A stretch of DNA of 54,106 nucleotides, filler included, from Sphacelaria rigidula (lineage: Eukaryota), in assembly GCA_964200075.2 (NCBI GenBank). It is 4 parts of 4 records of this genome, joined end to end, with 100 filler letters (N's around TTAATTAATTAA, not from the genome) between each part and the next. Parts side by side here need not be neighbours in the genome. Positions count along the whole stretch, not along the records: positions 1 to 13,452 come from CAXNAA020002876.1; positions 13,553 to 27,004 come from CAXNAA020002877.1; 2 more parts are not named here. One strand, given 5' to 3'. The first letter of the stretch is position 1. Every line of letters starts with the position of its first letter. This document shows, piece by piece, positions 13,021-23,500 of this stretch. Below the pieces are notes generated by a model. It saw nothing but the letters and a program-made list of their open reading frames with translations. It searched no databases and was not told the DNA's origin. A program made the position numbers and the translations under genes.

Positions 13021-13305
13021 CAAGTAACCTGTCTCACCGACCCGAGCACCAATTACAACATAAAGTGACTTGGCTCACCGACTGCATGCTCAAGAGCCTC
13101 GTTCCCCCACACTCACTTCTAGTCACCTGCCTTCCTAACTCTTGAACCAAGTAGCCTACCTCAGCTACTCTCAGACCAAGTGACTTGGTTCACCTATACT
13201 TAGTTCAGGTAAATTTACTCAGCTCGCCTATGATAGAATGACCTGGCTCACCCATACTCAGTTCAAGTAACTCGACTAACAAACTCTACAATCAAGTGGC
13301 TCGTT
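13021..13305. repeat. Degenerate 29-bp minisatellite (~10 units)
   Basis: Units start caagt(g/a)ac(t/c)tggctcac-like at mostly 29-bp spacing, e.g. caagtgacttggttcacctatacttagtt and agaatgacctggctcacccatactcagtt. Confidence 0.7.
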
Positions 13306-13452
13306 TTGTACAAGAGTTAGTGTGAGAACAATGCTGTATGCGAGTTAGTACGCCCCCCCCTCCCTGGGATGCAGAATGGCAAGAGTTCCAAGAGGAGATG
13401 GCCAAAAGTGCAGTACTTTTTACCGAGCTGTTGGAACGCGTAGGTAGAGTTG

Positions 13453-13552
13453 NNNNNNNNNNNNNNNNNNNNNNNNNNNNNNNNNNNNNNNNNNNNTTAA
13501 TTAATTAANNNNNNNNNNNNNNNNNNNNNNNNNNNNNNNNNNNNNNNNNNNN
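13453..13552. other. Artificial contig-join spacer (44 N + TTAATTAATTAA + 44 N)
   Basis: 100-bp spacer with a six-frame stop linker, identical to the other two spacers. Confidence 0.98.
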
Positions 13553-13909
13553 AAAATACCCCCACCCCTATCGTAGGATGGCTCAGGCCTATATATCAGC
13601 CGACGCAGGTATATACATATATATCACATATACCACATATTATACACCCTTCTAGTCACAGTTTGCTGAAAAAGCTCCATGTAGGGCAGATGATATAAAG
13701 TCGTAAGAAATATCATTCTATTAATTTATCGTACACCTTCCGACAAAACATGACTAAAGTATATGAAATTACATATAGTATAGGGGGGGGATATATCGGC
13801 TAGGGGTTTACCTATACTAGACTCTAGCGGAAATGTCTACAACACGACTATCCTGGATTATGGCCACGGAAGTTGAGGCTTGGTGGGGCTTTTGGGATGC
13901 CTTCATCCG

Positions 13910-14074
13910 GATTGTGAGGTGCATGAGTGGCCGGATTCCGGCTTTCCCGCGTCACACGTTATTCGAATAAAAAACGGATTAATCCGCGGATTTTTTTCAA
14001 AAGGAGCGGATTGGAATTGAAGTCAAACGGAGCGGAGCGAATATCCGGAGTGGACGGAGCGGAGCACATCTCTA
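13910..14074. mobile_element. Right end of a hAT-like non-autonomous element
   Basis: Ends gcacatctcta (reverse complement TAGAGATGTGC, an Ac-like terminus), preceded by dense cgga(g/t) subterminal repeats; left end not found. Confidence 0.5.
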
Positions 14075-14199
14075 CATTTGAGTAGCTCCGCGGTTGCGGC
14101 GCTGGCAAACAATACCGACCTACTAAGACACTCTGTGGATGATGACACTTTGCCCATAACCTCATTGACGTATCGCCTGTAGAGATGCTGAGTCCGGGA

Positions 14200-14397
14200 G
14201 GCACGGCCGTACGCGCGCTGTATGTGCCTCAACGCGCTGACAGTTGGCCCACATATCATATGAACCACAGTCAACAAGCTCATGTCGCTGAATTTGGGGT
14301 TGCACGTTGCACCAGTGCCAATCGGGGGAGAAAAGAGACCCGGTTTTGTTCCGAAAAAGTGTTTCGTTAATTTTGATGCAAGCTTGCCAAGGGTTAA
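14200..14397. mobile_element. piggyBac-like element end, diverged homolog of 41370-41577
   Basis: Ends ccaaggg+TTAA; shares tgaaccacagtcaaca and ggtt(t/c)tgttccgaaaaa with the 41.4-kb copy. Confidence 0.55.
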
Positions 14398-14464
14398 AAT
14401 TTGGCGAGGTTTCTCTCTTGCGCAAGACTCCATAGATGGCAGCATATACTCCTCCTTATAATAA

Positions 14465-16828
14465 GACAAGGGCTAGGGACGAGAGTAGTGCAACCAATCA
14501 CGGTTATTGAGCTCAGTCTCGTGAGGGAGAGATTGGTGAAGTCACAGTAGGAGTGTTTACACGAGAAAGTTGCGCTCGTAAGAAAACCGACAGCAGAAGT
14601 GCGACAGGCGAGTTGATGCGGGACAAGCAAGCTATCCTGCAACTGTGGAAGGAGTGGTTTGAAACGCTTCGCAACGCAACCCCGCGTACGATGCACCACT
14701 CTATCATCGACCTGATCGAAAGATGCTGGAGCAGGCACCGCTCGCGGCCGAGCCTCAATGGAAGAAGTGAAGGAAGCAGTGGGAAAGCTGATGAGCGGCA
14801 AGGCCGTTGAGTCGGATAACATCTATCTGTGGCGAACTTTCGAAGCTCGGCCGCACCAAGGACGTTGCCCTCTTCAAGTGCCTCCACAACATCGTGCTAA
14901 CCATGTGGCGTCAGGAAGTAACGCCCCAGGAATGAAAAGACACCATCAAGGTACTTTTCAAGAGACAGGACCCGCACGAATACGGCAACTACGGCGGTAT
15001 TTTGCTAGTAGGATCCCACGCGGGCAAGGTGGTTCTCAAGATCGTGCGTCTGACTCGCATCAGCGCCTGCTGCGAGAAGAAGGGGCTCCTGCCGGAAGTT
15101 CAGTGCGGCTTCCCATCCGGCGAGTGTCAGACTTGAAGAACTGGTCAGGGAGAAGAGTCTCCTACTGTGCGTGTGCCTCAATGACCTCCGAAAGGTATAC
15201 GACTCGGTGGACCGCCCTCTTCTCTGTGAGGTGCCAGCACGCTACGGTATCCCCGCCAAGAATTGTTTAATCATCCGCCAGTTCCACGACGGCATGCGGG
15301 CATCCTTACGCCTTGACAGTGGCGAGAAGTTTTGGTGTTCAAACGTTAACCAGGGCCTCCGCCAAGGCTGTGTGCTTTCCTCCAGTTTGTTCGGCATATC
15401 TTCTTCGCGGCGGTGCTGGCCATGCCTTCCGACCGCTTCTCGATGAATAGAGTGATGGCGCAGGACTTCATTCGCCTCGCTGCAAGGGGTGGGAAGACCA
15501 GAGACTAACCTAGCAAAGTGCTATGGGCCATGCTATGAGCCGGCGACGCTAGTGGTATCGTCTCGCGATCTCACGTAAGCCTGGCAAGTATGATGATGGC
15601 CGTCGTCGAAGTATGTACGGCATTCGGCCGCTCACCATGCACATACACTCTCCGAACATGAAGGTGAATGTGGTCGAGGTGGAGGCGGCGGGCCAAAGGA
15701 ACAAGCAAGCCGAGTCTTTTGTTTATCTTGGCGGAAGAATCAGCAGCGTTGGCCATATCACTCTCCTGATATCCACGGCCGTATTGGCCAGGCCTCGACG
15801 TGCATCTACACTCGTACATCGCCCTGGTCACCAAGGTTTGTTTCCTGAAGGCTGAAGTGATCGAGGTTACCGATACGGCTGCGTGACATGGACGATTGTG
15901 CACGACAATTTCGGCCCCTTACGGCAGGCCCCCCAAGGAATCCTGCTGGGGTGCCTCAACACGCATACCTCAAGATGTAGCGCCCCCCCACTACCACATG
16001 CTGCCATACCACGAGGTTCTCGAAAGATCTGGCTGCGAGTGCATCGAGGCTACCGTGATCAGGCGAATCCTCCCTCAAGCCTACCACGCTTTGTGCATGC
16101 ACGATGAAGGCCTCCCCAGTATCTTCATGCATAGAGTGATGATCGGAGGGAAGACGAAGTCAGGCTGACCAGAAAGACACCTGCATCGCTGTCACGGAAT
16201 ACTGCTGCTTCAACTTCGGAATAAACGCGACATCGTGGACACAGGCTGCCCAACATGTTCCCGAATGGTACCGAATCGTAGAGAAGGGGGCTAAGATGTA
16301 CATGGCAGCCTGGACCAAAGTACACCACGCTAAGCAATGGTTTGCTGTGCTACCACCAGAGTTCCCTCGGTGCCTAACGAGGACCTCTGAAACGCCACCA
16401 GTAGCCCGTCGCGTAGTACGCTCGCTAGAGCATCTGCCGTCTTCCGAATAGCTTTGGTACGTCTATGATGGTGCCTGGGGCTGTTCAGTTGACCCTCGCT
16501 TGACTCCATGCTAATTCTCTCTTGTCCCATGTATTTTCCATGTTTTTATTCCCCTTTTTCTTTTATATGCTTTATGAGCAGATTCGAAGGGCTCGTTTTT
16601 TCCCTTATCCTCATGAACTCGGGGGGGGCTATATTCCACATCTGTTTTCATAACGTCTCTCTTCTTATTTTAATTTCGTGATATTTTGTTCTATTTGTTT
16701 TCGCTTTAGTGTGGAGTCTCAGAAGAAATGATGAGAACACTATGTCTTTTAGGAAATAGCGAGGACGTTATTGCAAAGACGAGTCTACGTCTGTGACCAC
16801 AGGTTCGAGAGATCGGACTTATGTGGGA
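14465..16828 (+). mobile_element. 5'-truncated, decayed RTE-clade non-LTR retrotransposon (LINE)
   Basis: Frame-broken RT motifs: [90 protein letters not shown] site decayed to *AGD (15536-15547), FVYLGGRIS. A T-rich 3' UTR runs into an (AAT)n tail. Confidence 0.92.
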
Positions 16829-16847
16829 AATAATAATAAGGATGATA

Positions 16848-16891
<44 letters not shown>

Positions 16892-17402
16892 AATCGTAAT
16901 CTTAATAATGATAATGATCATGATAATCATGATAATAATAATGATAATGATGATAATAATCATGGTCATAATAGTAATAATCATAATCATAATCATTTTC
17001 ATATAATAGTAATAATCATAATCATAATCATAATGAGAATAAGAATAATAGCAACAATAATAATCATGATGATAATCATTACAATAATAACAATCATCAT
17101 CACAATGATAATCATGATGATAATCATAGCCATAATCATAATAATCATTAAAATAAGAATGATCAGAATCAGAATCGCAGTAATCAGAATCACAATAATC
17201 ATATCATAATCATAATCATAATCATAATCATAATCATAATAATAATAATAGTAATGATAATAATAGTAATGATAATAATAATAATCATAATAATGATGAT
17301 AATGATGATACTAATATTGATAACGATAACGATAATAATAATGATAATAATGATGATAATGATAATAATAATAATAATGATCATAATAATAATGATGATA
17401 AA

Positions 17403-17485
<83 letters not shown>

Positions 17486-17686
17486 CAATAATAATGATAG
17501 TAATGATAATAATAGTAATGTTGATGATGATAATGATGATGATAATGAAAATGATAATAATGATAATAATAATAATGATAATAATAGTAATGATGATGAT
17601 GATGATGATGATAATAATGACAATAATCATAATAATCATAATAATAGTAACAACAACAACAACAACAACAACAACAAAAATAATAA
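16829..17686 (+). repeat. Compound trinucleotide microsatellite (AAT/GAT/CAT/AAC), LINE 3' tail
   Basis: ~860 bp of aat, gat, cat and aac repeats starting right after the LINE 3' UTR (gggaaataataataag). Confidence 0.95.
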
Positions 17687-17983
17687 TGTAAACGTCACCA
17701 TAGATTGATCGGTAGAGTGACGTCAGATGGCCTTCTAGAACCATTGTCCTGGCCGGGGTTACACAGATAGAGTCAGACCCGTTCCTGAAATTTCTCGGAG
17801 GAATTTCTCGGAGGAATACCTCGGAGGGAGCATTCCTCGGAAGAACGCGGGGTATCTTTGCTATGCAAATTCAGCCCAGCTGGATAGCCCACACGACAAA
17901 ACCTGGTGTGTACTCTGCACCAAACAGCTGAAGGAGAGACCAACGACTTGTAGAAGAACCTATAAAGGGGCTTATCCCTTCCA
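17687..17983 (+). repeat. 5' LTR of element A (297 bp)
   Basis: tgtaaacg...tcccttcca aligns end to end with 25364-25659 (about 32 substitutions and 2 small indels by hand count); contains ~4 tandem (c/t)ctcggaggaat subrepeats. Confidence 0.97.
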
Positions 17984-17986
17984 TAG

Positions 17987-17996
17987 TGGCGTCGAC
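17987..17996 (+). promoter_or_regulatory. Primer-binding site TGGCGTCGAC (possibly tRNA-Ser)
   Basis: TGG begins 3 nt after the LTR end; complementary to a tRNA ending ...GUCGACG-CCA. The Ser assignment is inference. Confidence 0.7.
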
Positions 17997-18013
17997 TGAT
18001 CAACACGCAAACG

Positions 18014-20501
18014 TTGGTGATCGTCGAGTACGGCCTGCAATTGCTCGGCCGACTCATGAAAAGAAAGAAGAACCGTAAGGCGTCCCTAGATGGAGAGGCG
18101 ACTACTGCTGCAGCAGTCGCCGACACCGACTATCAGGTGGACTTCGAACCGGAGATCGACTCTGCTTCTGAGGCAGACGTTAGCTGTTATTATGATGGGA
18201 TGGCTCATGCACTGGCTGAGGTCTCTCAGTACGAGTACCAGGAGATACCATTGGGTCCAGCTAACCCAAGCTCTCACGTGGGCACACCGTACGACCTATA
18301 GCTATCCATCATGAACGATCACAGGGTAGGTTCATTTATGTATACTGTACTGCCGATCGGGAACTCACGTGTTTCATAGCATCATATCATTACATCTACA
18401 AGCAGCTCTCTTACTCAGTACAACCGTGGCGCAGCCATAGAAGCAGAGCGTAGTGATGGCCAGAGTAGCGACCAAGGCAGACCAGCAACTGATCGAGGTG
18501 GCTCAACGCGGCGTGTGGCCGCGGCTGAACAATCCTAACTGATGACAGTAGCAAAGGCGGTAACAACGCGTCACGGAATCCAGGGTCTCGCACACCGTGA
18601 TATCTTGCTGCCACCAAGCTTCATCTCATAGCAGCTGTGCCGCCAACAACAACGACAACGACAACGATGATGGCGACCGTGACGCCAGCGATGACGACCG
18701 TGTCGTCAACTTCGCACCCGCAGCCGCGGCTGATGGAGCCGCCGCCGATGGAGCCGCTGCTGGTAGAGCCAGCGTGCCCGTAGCGCGCCACGATGATGTT
18801 GTTGCTGCCCTCGCACCCGGAGACCTCGTGCGGATCCTGTGGGAGGAGGAGACGCAGGCGCGAATCCTGGCCCTCCGGGAGGGTCGTCGACCCACGCCCT
18901 TCAGTGCCAGTTCTGCGGCATACGGAGCTGTAGCTGGCACCACCACAGCGGAAGCGTTTCAACAAGTAAGTGAAAAGGGTAAAATTTCCGCACAAGACGA
19001 GAACATCGTTGTTCCACCGCGCGAATCGTTTCCGTCGCTGCCCTCGGCATCGTCGCCGAGCGAACCAGCCACTCCGTTTGCGCCTGCTATTAGTGGCGCA
19101 CCACCCGCGTCGTCGGTGGCCCCACCTAGTTGCGCACCCGTACTATCCGCAGCTGCCCGCGCAGTCCCGACTCTTACGTCAACACCGTGCGTTGCCGTAG
19201 CTCCCACACTAAGCAGTGCAGTAGCGGTCACTTCAACTCCGTCAGTTAAAACAGCAATTTCCACCGTTGGAAATGTACCAGCCAACGCCGGTAGCGTTAC
19301 ACCCGCGCCTGCTTGTTCGTACCTAGGCACTGCTGTCAGCGTTTCCGTCACCGCAGCTGACCTGCGTAGTCTCACTCGTTTGACTGGTGACAACTGTCAA
19401 GACGTACTTGAAACCTTGAATCATTTTCGTGCGATTGTTGGGTTGAAGGTAGCACCTGTCCCGTCGGACTCTGTTTTTGCCGATAGCATTGCTCTCAAGC
19501 ACGTTGCACTTGTAGGATCAGGAGAGGTTTTGACTCTCATTCAACAGATCCTCTCGGGGCAGATCAACTGCGTCAATGCCGCAGACTCACCTGATCCCAA
19601 AACCCCAGGTTCCCACCCTCCCCCCCGTACGTGGAAAGAAATGGTGAACACACTTTTGTACTTTCTTCTCTCCGCAAACTCGACTGAAGAAGGCGAAGCC
19701 AAAATCGCTGCCATCAACCAAGGGGCGAATGAGTCCGTAGCCTCGTATGCCCTCCGTTACCGTACCATGCTGTCTCGAATCATGGCGGCCGTAGAGCGTG
19801 CAGAAGGGATTCGTACTCCGTGGAATTGCATGACAGTCGAGCTCTGGCAGATCGGCCTCACCCCGACTCTCCGTCTCATTCAACTTCAAAATAAGGCACC
19901 CGTATCGTTGCAGGAGGCCGAAGAACGTGCTCGCCGTAGCGAAGCCGTCAATTCCGATGGGATCACTGTCAGTGCACTGAGTGGTTCCTTCGCTGTACCT
20001 CATCGTCCGTCTCGTCAACCCGTGTCATAGATCCAAGCTGCTACACAGCAGGCGACCGCTCGCGCTGCTGCTAATCACCCGTCCTCGCGTATTGTGATCG
20101 CGTCCGCAGCGAGCAGGGGCAACAGCAACCCCAACACGCGCGCTGCTGGGGGCAACCGCAACAGCAACACCAGCGCCCGTAATGGAGGTCGGTCCACCAA
20201 CGCCCGTGGCGAGAACAACAAGAACAACTCCCGTGGTAGCTCGTCGGGAGGCAGCAACCGCAACCGCAACGGCGCTTGTTCGTCGCGCGGTAACGGTGGC
20301 GCTCGGGCATTCAGTCACCGCCTCGACCCCGACCGCGAGGATTGCACTTACGAAAAGTGCGAATTGCGGAAATCCCACGACCTCGACCACTGCTGGCGCA
20401 GGGAGGATGATAATATCGAGGCTACAGAGATCGCCGCCGGGATCTCACCGTCCAAGCGCCGCCGTCGGTGCACCCGACGGGGGGATTCCGAATCCGAGTA
20501 G
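18014..20501 (+). pseudogene. gag: Gag-like ORF of element A (interrupted)
   Basis: Capsid-like motif IAAINQGANESVASYALRYRTML; Asn/Arg/Gly-rich linker; variant zinc knuckle CTYEKCELRKSHDLDHC; internal TAG at 20028-20030; N-terminal part broken by an insertion and a frameshift. Confidence 0.8.
18297..18417. mobile_element. 121-bp insertion with near-perfect 8-bp TSD
   Basis: Flanked by gtacgacc (18289-18296) and gtacaacc (18418-18425); removal extends the 18014 ORF (GTPYD|RGAAIEAERSDG...). No TIRs. Confidence 0.6.
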
Positions 20502-23500
20502 GGGTACCCAGGTGTTGTGCCCGTAGCACTTGGGATAAAACCTACCAGTACCGCGTTGCTTGGTAGGAAGGGCGTTAAACGACCCCGCAGTCGTTTGGCG
20601 TCACTTGTAAATTCGTTGCCTGCGAGTCGTAAGTCGTATAGAATTCCGCGTAGCCAGCATGACTGTAGAGATTCGGTAGATAAGAGTCAGTCGTTGACTG
20701 CTGTAACGTGTCTGGGTGTCAGGGTAGATTCTCCCGTGAGCTTCCCCGCTAGAAGGTTAGAGTGCCCCGTTGGCCCAGCCATTTTCTCCCTGAACAGTAG
20801 CGAGTCTATTGGTGTTCGAAGTGTCCGAAAACCAAAGGCCAGCAGAGAGGTTCAGGTAGAACCGGCATCGAATCGTAGTTCGAACGGCCGTAAGAGGAAG
20901 AAAATTGAACATCATGGCGGAATTAATAAGAATACATGTGTTTCCCGTTGTCTTTCTTCGCTGTCGCGGAAGAAGTCTTTGTTGTTTTTTCTTTTTCGTC
21001 CAAGCGTGTTCGTACGCCTGGGTATATTAATGATCTCTTCGTTCCGGAGTTGACCATTGATACTGCAAGTGATGTCACGTGTGTTTCACTTTCGTACTTG
21101 AAACGACATCCCACGTTATCGTTTGCTCAACCCGAGCCCGTACCACTCTCGCATGAAGCTAAATGCCGCAAATGGAGCACCACTTCAAGTGTTAGGTTAT
21201 CTTTCGTTAAACGTTCGTTTGGGAGACGTCTCCCGTCGTATTGATGCCTTGGTGATTCCTTCCCTCGGCCCTGATCAAATCTTGCTTGACAATGACGCAA
21301 TGTCTCGTTTCGGTGCAGTACTTGATTGGAAGAATGAATAACTGACTTTTGCATCGAATGGTACCGTTCTCCCTGCGCTACGTCGTAAAGTACCACGCGC
21401 CAGCAGCACGCCCCCATCCACGTTCACCGTTGCTGCTGTGCACCAAAAAGCACTGGAGCATTCGATCACCCTGCATCGACCTTATAACATTCCTTCCGGG
21501 CATAACGCAATCGTGAAAGTGTACTCGGAGGCCATACCGTTACATGATACTACCGTTGTAGTTGAATCTCGTTTGTTGACAACTGAAGAAATCAAATCCT
21601 GTGACTTTCCCATCGATTTTGATCGTGTACTCGTCGCGCGTACTCTGACTACTTGGCATGCTCGAGATGGCGCGGTATACTCACAAGTTGCCAATCCGTC
21701 GTCGGAATCTCTCGCATTGCATGACAACCTAGTGGTTGGGAAACCGTCTTCAGATGATATCCTACAACCTGACAAACTTCGCGTGCATGCCGTTGCAGCG
21801 ACTCCCAACACCGTAGGTGAAATCGCTCATGCACGCAAAGAACTCACAGAATTGTTAGAGAAAGCTTTCGATGACTCCACGTTTTCCCCTGAGCAACAAG
21901 CTCGAGTGTTAGGTTTGTGTGCAAAATACCGTCCCGTGTTTTCGCTGAACCGTAGTGAACTCGGAAAATGCACTACTCATGTCGCAACGTTTCCCTTGCC
22001 GCCCAACGCTAAACCTGTGAGTCGCCGACCGTACCGTGCCAACCCTCGCGCCGAAGCCGTTATTAATGAGTGCGTGAATTATATGCTCACTGACGGGATC
22101 ATTGAAGAACTACCTAGCCCGTGGGGTTCCCCCGTCACGATCGTCGCTCGTGAAGACGGTCAACCTCGCTTCTGCGTCGACTACCGTCCTACGTTGAACA
22201 AGCTGCTGATTCGCAAGACGTGGCCGATGGCGAACATGGAGTCCAACCTCGACACCGTCGGCAGCTCACAGTTCATCTCCGTTGCCGACATGCAGAGTGC
22301 GTACTGACAGCTTCCAGTAAGGTCAGACCACGTAGAGCGTACGGCGTTTGTTACGAATCAAGGCAAATACTGTTACAAGAGAATGCCGTTTGGGGTGTGT
22401 AATGCGCCGTGGATTTTCACTGAGATGGCCCATAAAACGTTAGGCCCCATTCCCGAACTGTTGATTTACATGGATGATCTCTGTGTCTTGTCAGCGAATT
22501 CTGTGAATCATTTGAAGTCTTTGGAGAGCATGTTCGTAGCTCTTCAGGCAGCCGGACTGACATTGAAACCGTCGAAGGTCGCGCGCGTTTGGTCCTAAAT
22601 CGCTTGACTATCTGATGCACGAAATTTTCAAAGACGGCGTTTCTGTTGGGGAGGATCGGATCAAAGCTATCAACGCACTACCGACACCCCCCTACATCAA
22701 AGAACTTCGCGCAGTGCTTGGGGTACTTAATTTTGTGCGCCGTTTTATTCCTGATTACGCCGAAGTTACTGCACCCTTGGTGGAACTCACGAAAAAAGAG
22801 TATGTCACAAAATCTCGTGTAAAAAAGGTTTTAAATGTCAACAACGATGTTGCATTTGCGCACATCAAGCGCCTGTTGGTTTCAGCCCCCGTTTCACATT
22901 TTCCGTATTTTTCCAGAGAGTTTGTCGTTCACGTTGATTTGTCTGAAATTGGATGTGATGCTTCCCTTGCCCAACCGTCGAAGGATTATGACAAGTCCCT
23001 AGACAACATTGCTTACTATAGCCACCGGTTTTAAGATGGGCAACGACACTTTTCAGCGTCGATGAAGGAGTGTTGTGGAGTAGTGCACGCATTAGCGCAC
23101 TGGAGACCTATCCTTTTGGACGGCATTTCACCGTGATGATTGACCTCTCCGCACTCACGCATTTGTACTACATGCAAGATACTAGCAACATGCTCACTCG
23201 TTGGGCTATTGCTCTCCAAAATTACGACTTTACCGTGAAGTATGTACCCGGGAAACTGAATGCAGTTCCCGACGCACTGTCTCGTTTATTTGGCGAAATT
23301 GGCACTGAACCAGTGGCACACCAACCGGCGTTAGCGTCTATCTGCCGTAATGTGCCGAGTGATCGTCCGTACTTTTCACCTGGGCCGCGTGACTACGAAA
23401 TTTCCGCCGACTCGTTAAACAAAATTGACATAGTGCAAAACGACACATAATTGTTTTGTAGTGCCGTTTCGTTATTCCCTGTGCTCGGTCCTGCCCAACT

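Noticed and set aside
13021-13305. CRISPR-like regular repeats
   Set aside because: Repeats are degenerate and contiguous, with no unique spacers and no cas genes, in a eukaryotic context.
13497-13508. Recurrent TTAATTAATTAA palindrome (also near 27049 and 40600)
   Set aside because: Synthetic six-frame stop linker within N spacers.
16795-16830. tRNA-like GGTTCGA motifs (also ~11882, ~31804, ~41725)
   Set aside because: No cloverleaf or matching A box found by eye.
16706-17744. Poly-Ile/Met/Asn/Leu ORFs
   Set aside because: Translations of the trinucleotide microsatellite, not proteins.
20028-20030. TAG inside gag as a programmed stop
   Set aside because: It lies before the zinc knuckle with no obvious structure; a CAG>TAG decay mutation is more likely.
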